Notes under the pieces: model-generated | Database searches by the model: none | Told to the model about the DNA's origin: nothing | The model's input: only the letters and a program-made list of their open reading frames with translations | In this document: positions 45,081 to 55,283 of the stretch, in pieces | Layout of the letters: the number at the start of each line of letters is the position of its first letter | Position numbering within the stretch: position 1 is the stretch's first letter | Source of the DNA: an uncultured virus (IMG/VR IMGVR_UViG_3300033998_000455) | Lineage: Duplodnaviria; Heunggongvirae; Uroviricota; Caudoviricetes | Virus record (IMG/VR): IMGVR_UViG_3300033998_000455 | Length of the DNA: 64,000 bases | Reading direction: 5' to 3' (one strand) | Position numbers and translations under genes: made by a program

Positions 45081-47513
45081 TTAATCGCTACCATCGTCAG
45101 TATCCTCGTATCCCTCTCTAACAAAGGCTCTTTGAGCGTTGTATATCGGGAATCTCATATTCCCTCTCTTATTGCCTTCATATCGTTTCCAGCCACCAAG
45201 CCGCATTAAGATTCCTTCAATCTCATATGAGTCAGCTCGACGAATGGCATTTCTCTCCTTACCAAAGCACTCACACCAAATTTCCAGGCAGCAGACTCGG
45301 GTTCGTAGATTAGCTCCTTCAGGTATGGTTTCACCAAACTCGCTCTCACCAGCCAGATAGCTGCGTCTTTCATAAATGTCCATCTTTGGCCACTTATCAG
45401 GAAGCGGTTTTTCAAGATACTGCTCCACCAAACCTTCTCGGTCATCTGCTTCCATGGCGTCACGCTGTTCTTCGTAGGCCATCTTTTCTTCTTCACCAAT
45501 AAGGATTAGCGGTTCACCAGCTTTATACTTTTCAAGGGCTTCTGCCCATATCTGGTCAATGTCTGTCATCTCCCAGGCCTTTTTCTTTCCGTGATTAACT
45601 CTTACTGGCCAGAATCTTCTGTTTCCGGTAACGTCTCTCAAGAAACCGCTGGTGCTGTTGGTGCTTCCGACGATAACACTCTGTCTCGGATGACTTTCAA
45701 CATTGATGCCATAGCTTTGTCTGAACTTATCATCCGTTCTGGTAATGAATGATTTCACCGTCTCTACATCAATCTTTCGAAGGCCCGCAAGCTCACCTAG
45801 CTCAAGGATCCAATAGCCTTGAAGCTTTTCTGCTCCTGCTTTATCGCGCATGTCCGATACGGTTAAACTGTCTGAGAACCACTTCCCACCAAGCTTTGCA
45901 AAGAAGGTGGATTTTCCGATGCCCTGTGGTCCATTAAGAACCAGAATATAATCAAACTTGATGCCTGGTTCATAGATACGAGCAACCGCTGCCACTAAGG
46001 TTTTTCTCATAATCGCCCTTGTGTACGGGTTATCCTCTGAACCAAGATAGTCGATAAGAAGCCTATCCACTCTCTCTGTTCCGTCCCAAACTGGCAGTCC
46101 TTCCAGATAATCTTTAATGGGGTGAAACACTCGCTCTGATGCGGCTGTTAATAGCGCATCCTTAATCTTTGCCGGTGACCAGATGCCGTAATGCTTATCG
46201 AAGTACATCTTGAGATTGGCAAGGTCCGAGTCATTCCATCCTGGCTTGACCTGCTTCCAGGGAAGCTTCCCGTTGACATCTAGTAGATGGGTCATCTGGT
46301 TATAGGCCACACCTTTAAGTCTTGAATCGTTTCTGATGATTGTCAGGATGTTGGTTGGTGTATCTTTTACCGTTCCGTTTTTATTGAGTTCTAGTTGAAG
46401 TTGCCAGGTGAGATCCTCGTCTTCTTCTGACTCAGATTCTTCCGTTTTAAAGTCCTCATCTTCCCTTTCAAATTCCTCTTTCATTTCCTCTTCACGCTCT
46501 TTTGCCAGCTGCTTTCTTACCTTTTCATCTGTTGTGCAAAACTCAAGCATGGCTTTTGCAGATGGGAGCTGCTTCTTTTCGTCTGCCCCTTCATCTAGTT
46601 CACCGAAGCGGTGAATTCTAACAAGGTCAAAGGCATTGCACAGATGGCCACATGCAGGATCCGTCGCATGATGGGAGTAGGCATACTTTCTGCTGTAAAT
46701 CACAACGCCTGCTGTGGAATCTGCCGGGATATAGTCATAACGCTCAGGCATGACACTTGGCTGGTAGACATCTGAGAGAAAAGTATCGATGGCTTCTTCA
46801 ATGGTGTACGTCCTACAGAAAGCTCCGATTAGTCCTTCCTTTCGAATGGGATCCGCTTGCTTTTTCATCAGCCTATCTATCAGTTTTGATTGTCTTGATG
46901 ACACCGGCCACGTTGATGAGTCCTGCCAGTTGTCGTATAGTTTTAAGATGCTATCAGGATTTAAGAAGCTCCCTTTGATTTCTCTAAAGAAATATTCTCC
47001 ATCACTGGATGTGCTGGGCCAGTACATGAGTCTGTTAGGCTCGTAGGTAGTATCATCGAATAGCTCGATGCCGATTTCTTTGGCGATTCGTCTACTGACC
47101 GCCTGGTACTCATCTGCAGTCACTGTTCTTGATAATGGAATGATCAGTCTGAGTCTAGGCTTCTCCGGTGTATGTTTATGGGTGGAGTAGATAACCGCTG
47201 CGTATCCATAGAGAATTTCCATGTTCTCAGCTATGGCCACCGCATCATCTGCATGGTCCATATCAAGGCTTAGCATCGACCGATTCATGACACTGGATTT
47301 TGTTCTTCTTCCGTCTTTCAGCTGACCGGCGACAAAGCCGCCCACATCTTTCACATTGTCCTGTTGGTACTTCTTCATCTTGCGATACTCTTCCTGAGTC
47401 TCGCTGGTGACAGTGGTTTGGGAGAGTCGTTTTACAAACTCCTCCCAGGACACCGTCTGCTCCTTCCAAACTTTATCTTTACGGCTGTTGCCTGTTGAAA
47501 TAATAAATTTCAT
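45081..47513 (-). CDS. Primase-helicase, VapE/virulence-associated E family
   Basis: N-terminal LDMD / YSTHKH / PRLR primase-like motifs; GPQGIGKS Walker A; TGNRRFWP. Confidence 0.9.
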   Translation of the reverse strand: MKFIISTGNSRKDKVWKEQTVSWEEFVKRLSQTTVTSETQEEYRKMKKYQQDNVKDVGGFVAGQLKDGRRTKSSVMNRSMLSLDMDHADDAVAIAENMEILYGYAAVIYSTHKHTPEKPRLRLIIPLSRTVTADEYQAVSRRIAKEIGIELFDDTTYEPNRLMYWPSTSSDGEYFFREIKGSFLNPDSILKLYDNWQDSSTWPVSSRQSKLIDRLMKKQADPIRKEGLIGAFCRTYTIEEAIDTFLSDVYQPSVMPERYDYIPADSTAGVVIYSRKYAYSHHATDPACGHLCNAFDLVRIHRFGELDEGADEKKQLPSAKAMLEFCTTDEKVRKQLAKEREEEMKEEFEREDEDFKTEESESEEDEDLTWQLQLELNKNGTVKDTPTNILTIIRNDSRLKGVAYNQMTHLLDVNGKLPWKQVKPGWNDSDLANLKMYFDKHYGIWSPAKIKDALLTAASERVFHPIKDYLEGLPVWDGTERVDRLLIDYLGSEDNPYTRAIMRKTLVAAVARIYEPGIKFDYILVLNGPQGIGKSTFFAKLGGKWFSDSLTVSDMRDKAGAEKLQGYWILELGELAGLRKIDVETVKSFITRTDDKFRQSYGINVESHPRQSVIVGSTNSTSGFLRDVTGNRRFWPVRVNHGKKKAWEMTDIDQIWAEALEKYKAGEPLILIGEEEKMAYEEQRDAMEADDREGLVEQYLEKPLPDKWPKMDIYERRSYLAGESEFGETIPEGANLRTRVCCLEIWCECFGKERNAIRRADSYEIEGILMRLGGWKRYEGNKRGNMRFPIYNAQRAFVREGYEDTDDGSD

Positions 47514-47531
47514 GGCGTCCTCCTTCTATTG

Positions 47532-47846
47532 CTAATGTTTTTTGATTAAAACAAGGTCATAATCATCGCAACTATAAACTACTTCTGCTTGTACTTGTAG
47601 CCTGCTACCCTTGTTAGAGTGAATCTTGTCTGCTGGTGGAGGTGACTCATTTTCTGAAAGACCAAGAAGGTAATCAACGGACTTATTTAATGTTTTTGAC
47701 AAGTGGACCATTGCCTCAAACTTTGGCTCTCTTTTTCCGGTTTCCCACATGCCGATGGTCCCATTTGAAACTTTAAGAATTTCCGCTAACTCCACTTGTG
47801 TTAGTCCTGCTTCTTTACGAGAAGCCTTTAATCTTTCAGAAAACAT
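47532..47846 (-). CDS. XRE-family HTH protein
   Basis: RLK..R...LTQ.ELA...IGMWETGKREP. Confidence 0.88.
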   Translation of the reverse strand: MFSERLKASRKEAGLTQVELAEILKVSNGTIGMWETGKREPKFEAMVHLSKTLNKSVDYLLGLSENESPPPADKIHSNKGSRLQVQAEVVYSCDDYDLVLIKKH

Positions 47847-47855
47847 CGCAACCTC

Positions 47856-48029
47856 CTACTCTATACAATCCGGACAAATATCCAACCATTCACCATCAAC
47901 TCTTTTACTCTTCCATCCGATGTCTTCTCTGGCATCTATAGCGTCCTGAAAACTATCGAACTCTTCGTCCGTTCCCGCTCCGCATATATCACAAATCAAG
48001 GTGTATTTCCCGTACTCTTTTGAAATCAT
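47856..48029 (-). CDS. Small Cys4 zinc-finger protein, 57 aa (below the ORF-track cutoff)
   Basis: MISKEYGKYTLICDICG...GW...DICPDCIE, translated by hand; AGGAG RBS. Confidence 0.7.
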   Translation of the reverse strand: MISKEYGKYTLICDICGAGTDEEFDSFQDAIDAREDIGWKSKRVDGEWLDICPDCIE

Positions 48030-48078
48030 CTATCTCTCCTCGCTTTCTATTCATTTCTCTTCAAGTGGCGATCTTTTG

Positions 48079-50034
48079 TTAATCCTTCTGGTAAAAATCA
48101 CATTCATAACCGTCTGCATCTAGAGGTAACCCTTCCGACCACTTTGGACTTTCGCTCATAATGCTGCATACTTCTTCTACGCTGGACTCACCCATAGGCA
48201 CTTCACAAATCACCTCATCATGCACATGAGCAACAATGGCAAAGCCTGCTTTATCAAGTCTTAGCATGGCCTCAGCCAGAAGATCTCTGGATGCAGCTTG
48301 AACAATGTTCTCCACAATTTTCGGTCCATAGGTCTCTATCCTCTCCCACTTTTTAGTGGTTCCAATGCCTTCATAGGTCAGACCCTCTCGTCCGAATTTA
48401 TTCAGCATGAGCTTCGGCTTCACATAGACCAGGTCACGACCTGATGGCAATGTGACGAAAAGCATCCCGCTTTTATAAGTGAAGACAATCCCGTGAGTTC
48501 TAGTTCTGGTTCTCTCCTTCACTGCTTTGATGGCCATCTTGTCCACTTCCCACCAGAAATTCACGATGTGGGGATTGGCTCTACGCCAGTTGTCGATCAG
48601 CCCTTGCAGCTCGTTTTCTTCCACGCCCATCTCTAAAGCTCCCATGGACTTAAGTGCTCCAACGCCTCCGCCATAACCGCAGGCAAGTTCGGAGATTTTA
48701 CCTTTTTGCCTCAGTAGGCTACCCTTTGTGATTTCATCAATAGGCACATGAAACATCTGTGAAGCAGATGCCTCATAGATCTTTCCGTGGGACTGAAATA
48801 CTTCAAGTCTCCATTTTTCCCCCGCAAGCCAGGATAGGACCCTCGCTTCTATGGCTGAAAAATCAGCTACGATAAACCGATAACCTTCTTTTGGAATGAA
48901 GGCGGTTCTTATAAGTTCTGACAGTACCCCCGGTGTATTACCAAAGAGAATCTGCAGATCATCAAAGCGTCCTTCTTTCACCAGGTCTCTAGCGAGCTTT
49001 AAATCTACAAGGTGGTTCTGTGGGAGGTTCTGGACTTGCACCAGCCTTCCGGCAAACCGGCCTGTTCGATTGGCTCCATAGAACTGAAAGAGTCCATGGA
49101 CTCTGCCATCTGAACAAACCGCCCTTTCAATGGCCTCATATTTTCTTACACTGGTCTTGGCCATGAGGAGCCTAAGCTTAAGCGCTTCTTCCACTTCACC
49201 CTCAGTTTCACTAACTAGCTCTTTTACGTTTTTCTTTGAAAGACTCTCCACTTCCACACCACGCTCAGACAACCAGTCTTTCAGTTGAGATACCGAGTTC
49301 GGATTTTCAAGACCTGTAAGTTCATAGGCTCTTTCTGTTGCAGATACGGTAAACTGCTTATCACAGGAAATGGCCTGTATGACGAAATCCATATCTGCCC
49401 TGAAGCCTCGATCATTAATTCGCTGGTCCAGTTCATAGAGGGCTTGCTCTGATTCTGGTATTGGATAGTCTTTAATCTTCTTTCTGATTTCCAGCTCCAC
49501 TTCAACGTCTCTAATGTTATACTGCTTGAACAGCTCCCATTTGTCCGGTGCATCTGACGGAAGGTTTCTGGTTCTCCCACCATTGGCTGCTGTTGGCTTA
49601 CAGGGAATACAGAAGTATCTGATCAGCGGTTTTCCCTCTGACATCTTTTGTGCGTCTAATCTTAGCACTTTGGCTACCCCCTCAAGGTGGAGAGGAAGTC
49701 CAAGCATTGCTGCCTGAACCTCACTGCACCGCCATGAAGATGGATTAAGATACACTTCCTTATCAAGCTTTCGACTGAGATATCTCATAAGAGCGACCCT
49801 TTCGAAGTTGGCATTAAAGGCAGTCTTGATGATGTCTTCACTTAGAATGGCCTCAACGATTTCTTCAGGTATTTCCTCACCACTGGCCAGATCAATCAGC
49901 TGAACAGGACCTTCATCAATGCTGTAGGCAAACAGTAGGATGTCGAAGTTTGGACTATCGGTGTAGCGGTAAACACCACACTTTCCAAGGTCAATATCTG
50001 AAAATGTCTCAATATCTATGGATAAAGTCTTCAT
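48079..50034 (-). CDS. DNA polymerase, family A
   Basis: DIET exonuclease motif, TGR, DFSAIEAR, RQKGK..ELACGYG, HVHDE. Confidence 0.95.
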   Translation of the reverse strand: MKTLSIDIETFSDIDLGKCGVYRYTDSPNFDILLFAYSIDEGPVQLIDLASGEEIPEEIVEAILSEDIIKTAFNANFERVALMRYLSRKLDKEVYLNPSSWRCSEVQAAMLGLPLHLEGVAKVLRLDAQKMSEGKPLIRYFCIPCKPTAANGGRTRNLPSDAPDKWELFKQYNIRDVEVELEIRKKIKDYPIPESEQALYELDQRINDRGFRADMDFVIQAISCDKQFTVSATERAYELTGLENPNSVSQLKDWLSERGVEVESLSKKNVKELVSETEGEVEEALKLRLLMAKTSVRKYEAIERAVCSDGRVHGLFQFYGANRTGRFAGRLVQVQNLPQNHLVDLKLARDLVKEGRFDDLQILFGNTPGVLSELIRTAFIPKEGYRFIVADFSAIEARVLSWLAGEKWRLEVFQSHGKIYEASASQMFHVPIDEITKGSLLRQKGKISELACGYGGGVGALKSMGALEMGVEENELQGLIDNWRRANPHIVNFWWEVDKMAIKAVKERTRTRTHGIVFTYKSGMLFVTLPSGRDLVYVKPKLMLNKFGREGLTYEGIGTTKKWERIETYGPKIVENIVQAASRDLLAEAMLRLDKAGFAIVAHVHDEVICEVPMGESSVEEVCSIMSESPKWSEGLPLDADGYECDFYQKD

Positions 50035-50067
50035 GGGTTTACCACCTCCTCTCCGTCTTCTTTACTG

Positions 50068-50601
50068 CTAAGCCAAGAAATCATCGTCAGCTTCAATCTC
50101 AAAGTCATCCTCAGCTCGACTCATGCCACCCAGCGGCTCTCCATCTTTAAGCTTCTGCACGTTACCAAGTCCCGCTGCTATTCCACGGTTCCCGTTGACA
50201 TTGAAGGCATATAGGTTCAGGCTTACTTTCCCATAACATCCAGAGTAGACTTCACTTCTATCAAGAATGGCTTGAATCTTCCCATCCACCACTTGAGGTG
50301 CGTTCTTTGAATTGGCGTTGATGAAATAACACCCTTCATATGCCGGATCATCCGGTCTATCAATGTCTCCATCTCGAAGAGGAGTCTTAAGATTCGCTGG
50401 AACCTTGCCTCCAAACTTTGGCGCACCTTCCTGCTTAGCTGCCTCAATTGCCTTCAAAATCGCATTTACTGTCTTCTTGTCTGACTTTGGAATGATGACT
50501 GAGACGCTGTACTTAGGGTCACTTCCATTGATACTTTTAGGTTCAAAAACATTCACATAGCTTAATCTTCCGGGTACGACTACTTTCGTTTCTTTACTCA
50601 T
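50068..50601 (-). CDS. DUF2815 single-stranded DNA-binding protein
   Basis: RLSY...PLRDGD...YSGCY...GLGNVQK..DGEPL; acidic tail. Confidence 0.88.
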   Translation of the reverse strand: MSKETKVVVPGRLSYVNVFEPKSINGSDPKYSVSVIIPKSDKKTVNAILKAIEAAKQEGAPKFGGKVPANLKTPLRDGDIDRPDDPAYEGCYFINANSKNAPQVVDGKIQAILDRSEVYSGCYGKVSLNLYAFNVNGNRGIAAGLGNVQKLKDGEPLGGMSRAEDDFEIEADDDFLA

Positions 50602-50710
50602 GATAAAATCCTCCTAAAATTTGTATTGGTTTGCTCTTCTGAGCTTGGTTACAATAATCGATTGGTACTTCATAACGCTCGAACGTTCATAAGCATTCAT
50701 AAATCTTGAT

Positions 50711-51847
50711 CTACTCTTCCACCTGAAACTCTGCATGAATTGGATCCACAGCTTGACGCTTGTCTGTTTCAGGTACTAGGGTGAGTTTCCCCTTTGGTTT
50801 TTCTACTAAGTTTCCAAGGATGTCATTGAACTTCTTCTTGCCCATGAGCTTCTCCATCTCAGTGATGGTGATAAGACTCTGTTTGAAGATGTCTGTATAA
50901 CCTGCTTCTTTAGCAGTTTCAGCAACTGCAGTTTCATCCGTGAACTTCCTTCTGGTTCTTCCTTCTACCAGCTTGAACCCATCCCACTCTCTACCCTCAT
51001 TGATAGCAAGGGCTGTGGCGTAGGTGTATATATCCCCCGCCCATTTAGCCAGTTCATCTGCAAGTCCAATAATTTCTGCTATCTCTTCGTCAGTGAGAAG
51101 TGCTGGGTCCTGAAACTCATACTTCAGAAGTTCAAGGTTTTTCACTGCCCTAGCCCTGCACTGATTCTTTGCTCTACAGAATCTGCAATGATCTCCGGCA
51201 CAGAACTCTCCACCACCGGTACTAGCCAGTAGAGCTTTGGGTCTTAATTCTTCTTCAGCCCATTTCAGCAATTCTTCCACTGTGATCTCCCAAGTAGAGA
51301 AGTTATCTACTCTTGGCTGGACGATGGCCATAGACACCTTTTCGATATCGTAGAGCATGTCGAAAAGGGATAAGGCCCCAAGTGCATAGAGCATCATCTG
51401 CGGGTTCTTTTCTGCTGAAACGATGACACCACGTCCGTATTTTAAATCCACCACATGAAGGGTTCCATTTCCAACAACAACCAGGTCACCGGTCCCGAAT
51501 CCTTCAGGTACATAATCAGAAAAATCCAACTTCTGCTCTATTAGGATTTGAAGGTCAGAACAGTTCTCTTTTGATTTCTCAATCAGTTCTAGACAATACT
51601 CCACGTAAAGATCTGTCATCTCGTCCATCTCATCGGAATGATAGGGACTGGTGGGTTTTTTCGACCGCATCTTCAGCGCTTTCTTTAGTTTGTGTTCGGC
51701 CAGGTCATGGGCTGCTGTTCCTTCTTCTGCATAGGAGCTTGTCTCATTTGGAAACTGCTGCTCTAATTGAGCGGATGGTGGACAGTTCATCCACCGGTGT
51801 GCCCCGGATGCTGAGTAGATGGAATGGGTATTATATGATCCACTCAC
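50711..51847 (-). CDS. DUF2800 Cas4-like/PD-(D/E)xK exonuclease
   Basis: SASGAHRW..CPPS, EGT.AH, GTGD, DLKYG, Q..LYA, C.FC. Confidence 0.88.
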   Translation of the reverse strand: MSGSYNTHSIYSASGAHRWMNCPPSAQLEQQFPNETSSYAEEGTAAHDLAEHKLKKALKMRSKKPTSPYHSDEMDEMTDLYVEYCLELIEKSKENCSDLQILIEQKLDFSDYVPEGFGTGDLVVVGNGTLHVVDLKYGRGVIVSAEKNPQMMLYALGALSLFDMLYDIEKVSMAIVQPRVDNFSTWEITVEELLKWAEEELRPKALLASTGGGEFCAGDHCRFCRAKNQCRARAVKNLELLKYEFQDPALLTDEEIAEIIGLADELAKWAGDIYTYATALAINEGREWDGFKLVEGRTRRKFTDETAVAETAKEAGYTDIFKQSLITITEMEKLMGKKKFNDILGNLVEKPKGKLTLVPETDKRQAVDPIHAEFQVEE

Positions 51848-52227
51848 TTCAGCTCACCTACTTCCTTAAGGGCAGCTGCATAGTGTTTAGGGTCCAGTGC
51901 CGAGAGGTTATTGGCTCCATACTTTGTGATGATGGCTTTCACCGCCTCTCTGTGTCCGTCTCTGCTTTTATCCGCCATAGCTGCTCTGACTTCCTCAAGG
52001 GTTGGCTGTTTTTCTTCTGGCTCTTCAACCGGTGCTTCACCAACTTCAGGCTCTTTGGTCTCAGGTTCTTCCACCTTTGCCTTGGCCTTTGATTTCTTAT
52101 TAGTTGGTTCTTCGTTGGCTTCATTTGCTACTTCATTTGATTCCATGGCATGTACCAAAGTCTCTATACTCTCAGCCAGTGACTTAAGATCACTGACAAC
52201 TTCCAGTGCGAGTTTGATTTTACTCAT
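51844..52227 (-). CDS. Conserved phage replication-region protein
   Basis: TLEEVRA...VK..I.KYGA..LS pattern upstream of DUF2800. Confidence 0.7.
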   Translation of the reverse strand: MSKIKLALEVVSDLKSLAESIETLVHAMESNEVANEANEEPTNKKSKAKAKVEEPETKEPEVGEAPVEEPEEKQPTLEEVRAAMADKSRDGHREAVKAIITKYGANNLSALDPKHYAAALKEVGELK

Positions 52228-53440
52228 CCTTCGATTCTCCTTTCGTCTTGAAATAGTCTTTAGCCAGTTCTTTAAGAATTGGAACCAGGTCCTTCATCTC
52301 CCAGGGTGTGTTTCTTTCCTCACCGTCCAGCGACATCTTCTCTCTGCCAAAGTGACCGTAGACTGCAAACTGTCTGTAGATGGGCCGTCTCAATCCAAAA
52401 GACTTGATGATGGTACCGGGTCTCATGTCAATGAGAACTTTGATAATCTCCGTGAGAACCTCATCCGGAAGTTTTCCGGTACCAAAGGTGTCAACCTTAA
52501 ACGACACCGGTTTGGCCACACCGATAGCGTAAGAAACCTGCACCTCGCATTCCTTAGCAAGACCTGCTGCGACAATGTTCTTTGCGATGTATCTGGCTAG
52601 ATAAGCTCCTGAACGGTCAACCTTGGTCGGATCTTTTCCAGAGAAAGCGCCACCGCCATGACGTCCCTTGCTCCCGTAGGTATCAACGATGATTTTTCTG
52701 CCAGTTAAACCTGAGTCTGCAGCAGGACCACCAAGAACGAATCTTCCAGTAGGATTGATCATCACTTTAGTCCTTTCAGTAAGAAGCTCATGTGGGATGA
52801 CTTTAAGGATGATATGCTTCGTCACATCTTCCCTCAGCTTCTTGATGTCCACACCTTCAGCATGTTGGGTAGAGACTACAATCGCTTCAATGGATAGAGG
52901 TTTATGGTCTTTCCCATATCCCAGCGATACTTGGGCTTTGCCATCTGGTTTAAGGTATGGAAGTAGTCCTGACTTTCTCGCTTCTGCTAGTCTCATGCAG
53001 AGCCTATGTGAGAGGACTAATGGCAGAGGCATAAACTCTGGTGTTTCATCGGTTGCGTAACCAAACATCATACCCTGGTCCCCGGCGCCGATTTCTTTGT
53101 TTACAACACCCATGGCAATATCAGGTGATTGCTTGCTTATGGCTATAAGCATTCTATAGAACTCACCATCCGTGGATAGCTCGTCTGCTCGATAGCCGAT
53201 ATCATAAATCACATTCTTGATCACTCTTTTGTAGTCGATTCTCTTTTCAGTGCTGGTTTCTCCAAACACATGGATGAGTCCATCTGCTGCAGTGACTTCA
53301 ATTGCTGTTCTTGCTTCTGGATCCTCCGATATAATGGAATCCATAATCGCGTCAGCAATCTGATCGCAAAGTTTATCAGGGTGGCCCTCCGTTACTGATT
53401 CAGAGGTAAAAACATAAGCTGGTTTCTGATTATCTTTCAT
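52220..53440 (-). CDS. metK: S-adenosylmethionine synthetase
   Basis: FTSESVTEGHPDK, GAGDQG, GRKIIVDTY, GGGAFSGKD, YGHFGR. Confidence 0.97.
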   Translation of the reverse strand: MKDNQKPAYVFTSESVTEGHPDKLCDQIADAIMDSIISEDPEARTAIEVTAADGLIHVFGETSTEKRIDYKRVIKNVIYDIGYRADELSTDGEFYRMLIAISKQSPDIAMGVVNKEIGAGDQGMMFGYATDETPEFMPLPLVLSHRLCMRLAEARKSGLLPYLKPDGKAQVSLGYGKDHKPLSIEAIVVSTQHAEGVDIKKLREDVTKHIILKVIPHELLTERTKVMINPTGRFVLGGPAADSGLTGRKIIVDTYGSKGRHGGGAFSGKDPTKVDRSGAYLARYIAKNIVAAGLAKECEVQVSYAIGVAKPVSFKVDTFGTGKLPDEVLTEIIKVLIDMRPGTIIKSFGLRRPIYRQFAVYGHFGREKMSLDGEERNTPWEMKDLVPILKELAKDYFKTKGESKDE

Positions 53441-53454
53441 TTACTTGCTCCTCT

Positions 53455-53703
53455 CTATTTCGATTCTTCAGATTTGTCCGTTTCTTGTACTTCCATCTCC
53501 GTAATGGAAATGGTTCCGACACTTTCGCCTGGTACTAGAACTACCATCTTGTGTCCGTCTCCGAAGATTGCATTTAGTAAGCGGTCCCGGAGCGTCACTT
53601 TTCTGGCTGCAAGCACCTGGTTAGGATTTGGTTTCTTGATGCCAATCTCCACATGGTGCATTGTCTTTGCCTTTTGCCGATTTAAAACGTCTTGTTTACT
53701 CAT
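53455..53703 (-). CDS. Conserved small phage protein
   Basis: RBS; RDRLL..IFG...VLVPGESV..ISI.E. Confidence 0.65.
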   Translation of the reverse strand: MSKQDVLNRQKAKTMHHVEIGIKKPNPNQVLAARKVTLRDRLLNAIFGDGHKMVVLVPGESVGTISITEMEVQETDKSEESK

Positions 53704-53796
53704 CTCATATCACCTACCTTTCATATTGAGCTTTGAGTTCCATATCAGCGGCCTCTATATATAGGTCATGGGAGAAACAATAGTTGCCCCCCTAAA

Positions 53797-54342
53797 TCAA
53801 AACTTTTTTAATTTTTTACTAAGCTGATCGATAATACGGTTCATTCTTTTCGTCACAGAAGACTTATGAACACCATCCCTCCTAGCTACATCTGCCATGG
53901 AAAGCCCTCTAAAATAAATGTCCATCACCAGTTCCTGCTGCTGTGGCTCCAAAGCCTGAATAGCTTTTCTTACAGCTTCTTTCTCAAGATTGGCCAGTAC
54001 CATATCAAGTGCATCTTCTTCGGCCATGAGGGTGTCGTACTTGTCGTTCTGGTCAGAATAACTATGGTGACGCCTCGTTTCCGTCTGATCGTTGTTGTAC
54101 TCAAGTCTCTCTTCACCTTTGCTGATCACAAGCCAAAGCCATGGTTCTACACCTTCAGTTTCCGAGATCATATCTTCTGTGATTTCACACTTTTCATCTG
54201 TGGCTTCAAATTCATAAGTGAATGAATCGCACTCACTTAGATCAAATGTGGTTTTCTTTTTACCAACTGCATAAGTGACCTTTCCTTCTTCTGAAATCTC
54301 GATAGTTGTAGTAACTCCACCCGTTTTGAATGTTTTGAACAT
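53797..54342 (-). CDS. Sigma-70 region 4-type transcription factor
   Basis: C-terminal AIQAL...QQEL...YF.GLS..DVARRDGV..S.V.KR. Confidence 0.78.
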   Translation of the reverse strand: MFKTFKTGGVTTTIEISEEGKVTYAVGKKKTTFDLSECDSFTYEFEATDEKCEITEDMISETEGVEPWLWLVISKGEERLEYNNDQTETRRHHSYSDQNDKYDTLMAEEDALDMVLANLEKEAVRKAIQALEPQQQELVMDIYFRGLSMADVARRDGVHKSSVTKRMNRIIDQLSKKLKKF

Positions 54343-54399
54343 TGTTTGTTCCTCCTTTGAAATAAGTAGTTAGGAGGAAGTACAGCCAAAAAAGGGCAT

Positions 54400-54509
54400 A
54401 AAAAAAGGCCCTAATACGCATCACACGTACTAGGGCCAAATTGGCCGAGGGCATAAAAATAGCCGCTTAGGTTAAAACTCAAATAAGTCCTAACCCAAGC
54501 GGCTATTCT
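54400..54509 (-). terminator. Two tandem terminator-like hairpins in the early-operon leader
   Basis: AATAGCCGCTTGGGTTAG...TAACCTAAGCGGCTATTTTT and GGCCCTAGTACG...CGTATTAGGGCCTTTTTT on the minus strand. Confidence 0.6.
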
Positions 54510-54550
54510 GCCACTATATTCATTTTTTGGACACACTTCCCACTATACTC

Positions 54551-54651
54551 ATTATAGAAGGTCCGAACTGTCAAAACAATTTCAAAAGCCTATCAATTCT
54601 CTCTCATTTGACTGTCAATTTCCTGTCAATTGACTCTCAATAAACTGTCAG
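54551..54651 (-). promoter_or_regulatory. Early promoter with eight 11-bp-phased CTGTCAA-like repeats
   Basis: Repeats start at 54568, 54579, 54590, 54601, 54612, 54623, 54634 and 54645; TATAAT at 54551-54556. Confidence 0.7.
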
Positions 54652-54668
54652 TTTTAGTCCACATTCCT

Positions 54669-55235
54669 CTATTGAAGCTTGTCCCAGTATTCTTTTAGAG
54701 GTGGGATTATGTACCCCCAAAGAGCAATCCCCATGAGTTCAGTTGCCTGTTTCTTATAGCGGTAATAGGTTGACTGGGTCAAATTCAACTTTCTCATGAT
54801 GGCATCATCACAGATCACATCTTTATCAATGTAACAGTAAGTGATGATGTCATGGTATACCTGTCCATGCTTTGGATGGGTTTTTAGATGCTTTAGTGCC
54901 TTGTCCACGATTTCGATCATCTGCTTCGTTTCCGCAATACACATAAGCCTGTCTTCAATGGCTTTCTTATCTTTAGTTAGATCATACTCGTCCAGCTCCA
55001 AACTTAAAAAATCAACCAGTTCAGAGATTCTATCGCTTCCGTACTCCTGTGCTGTCTCTTGAACCTCATATATGGCAGTCTCTATCCTCCATACCACTGT
55101 CCGGTAAATGGATAGAAGAAGCTTTGTTTTATGAAATTGCTGTGTTTCTAGTTTCTTTGTTCCCCCCAAAGGCCTCACCCCTTTCAACCCCTTGGAAGAT
55201 GGTTGTTGGTCTTGTAACTTTATATCTCTCTGCAT
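54669..55235 (-). CDS. Putative transcriptional activator with C-terminal HTH
   Basis: II.YCYI...IMRKLNLTQSTYYRYKK.A; lies directly above the phased repeats. Confidence 0.65.
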   Translation of the reverse strand: MQRDIKLQDQQPSSKGLKGVRPLGGTKKLETQQFHKTKLLLSIYRTVVWRIETAIYEVQETAQEYGSDRISELVDFLSLELDEYDLTKDKKAIEDRLMCIAETKQMIEIVDKALKHLKTHPKHGQVYHDIITYCYIDKDVICDDAIMRKLNLTQSTYYRYKKQATELMGIALWGYIIPPLKEYWDKLQ

Positions 55236-55283
55236 TTTTGAGCCTCCTTTTCAGAATTATCTGTGGCGAAAAGGCTTATTTAT

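Noticed and set aside
50613..50700. 28-codon ORF between DUF2800 and DUF2815
   Set aside because: No RBS and no recognisable features.
50711..51847. Cas4-like nuclease as evidence of a CRISPR system
   Set aside because: It sits in the standard DUF2800-DUF2815-PolA replication context; no other cas genes or repeat-spacer array seen.
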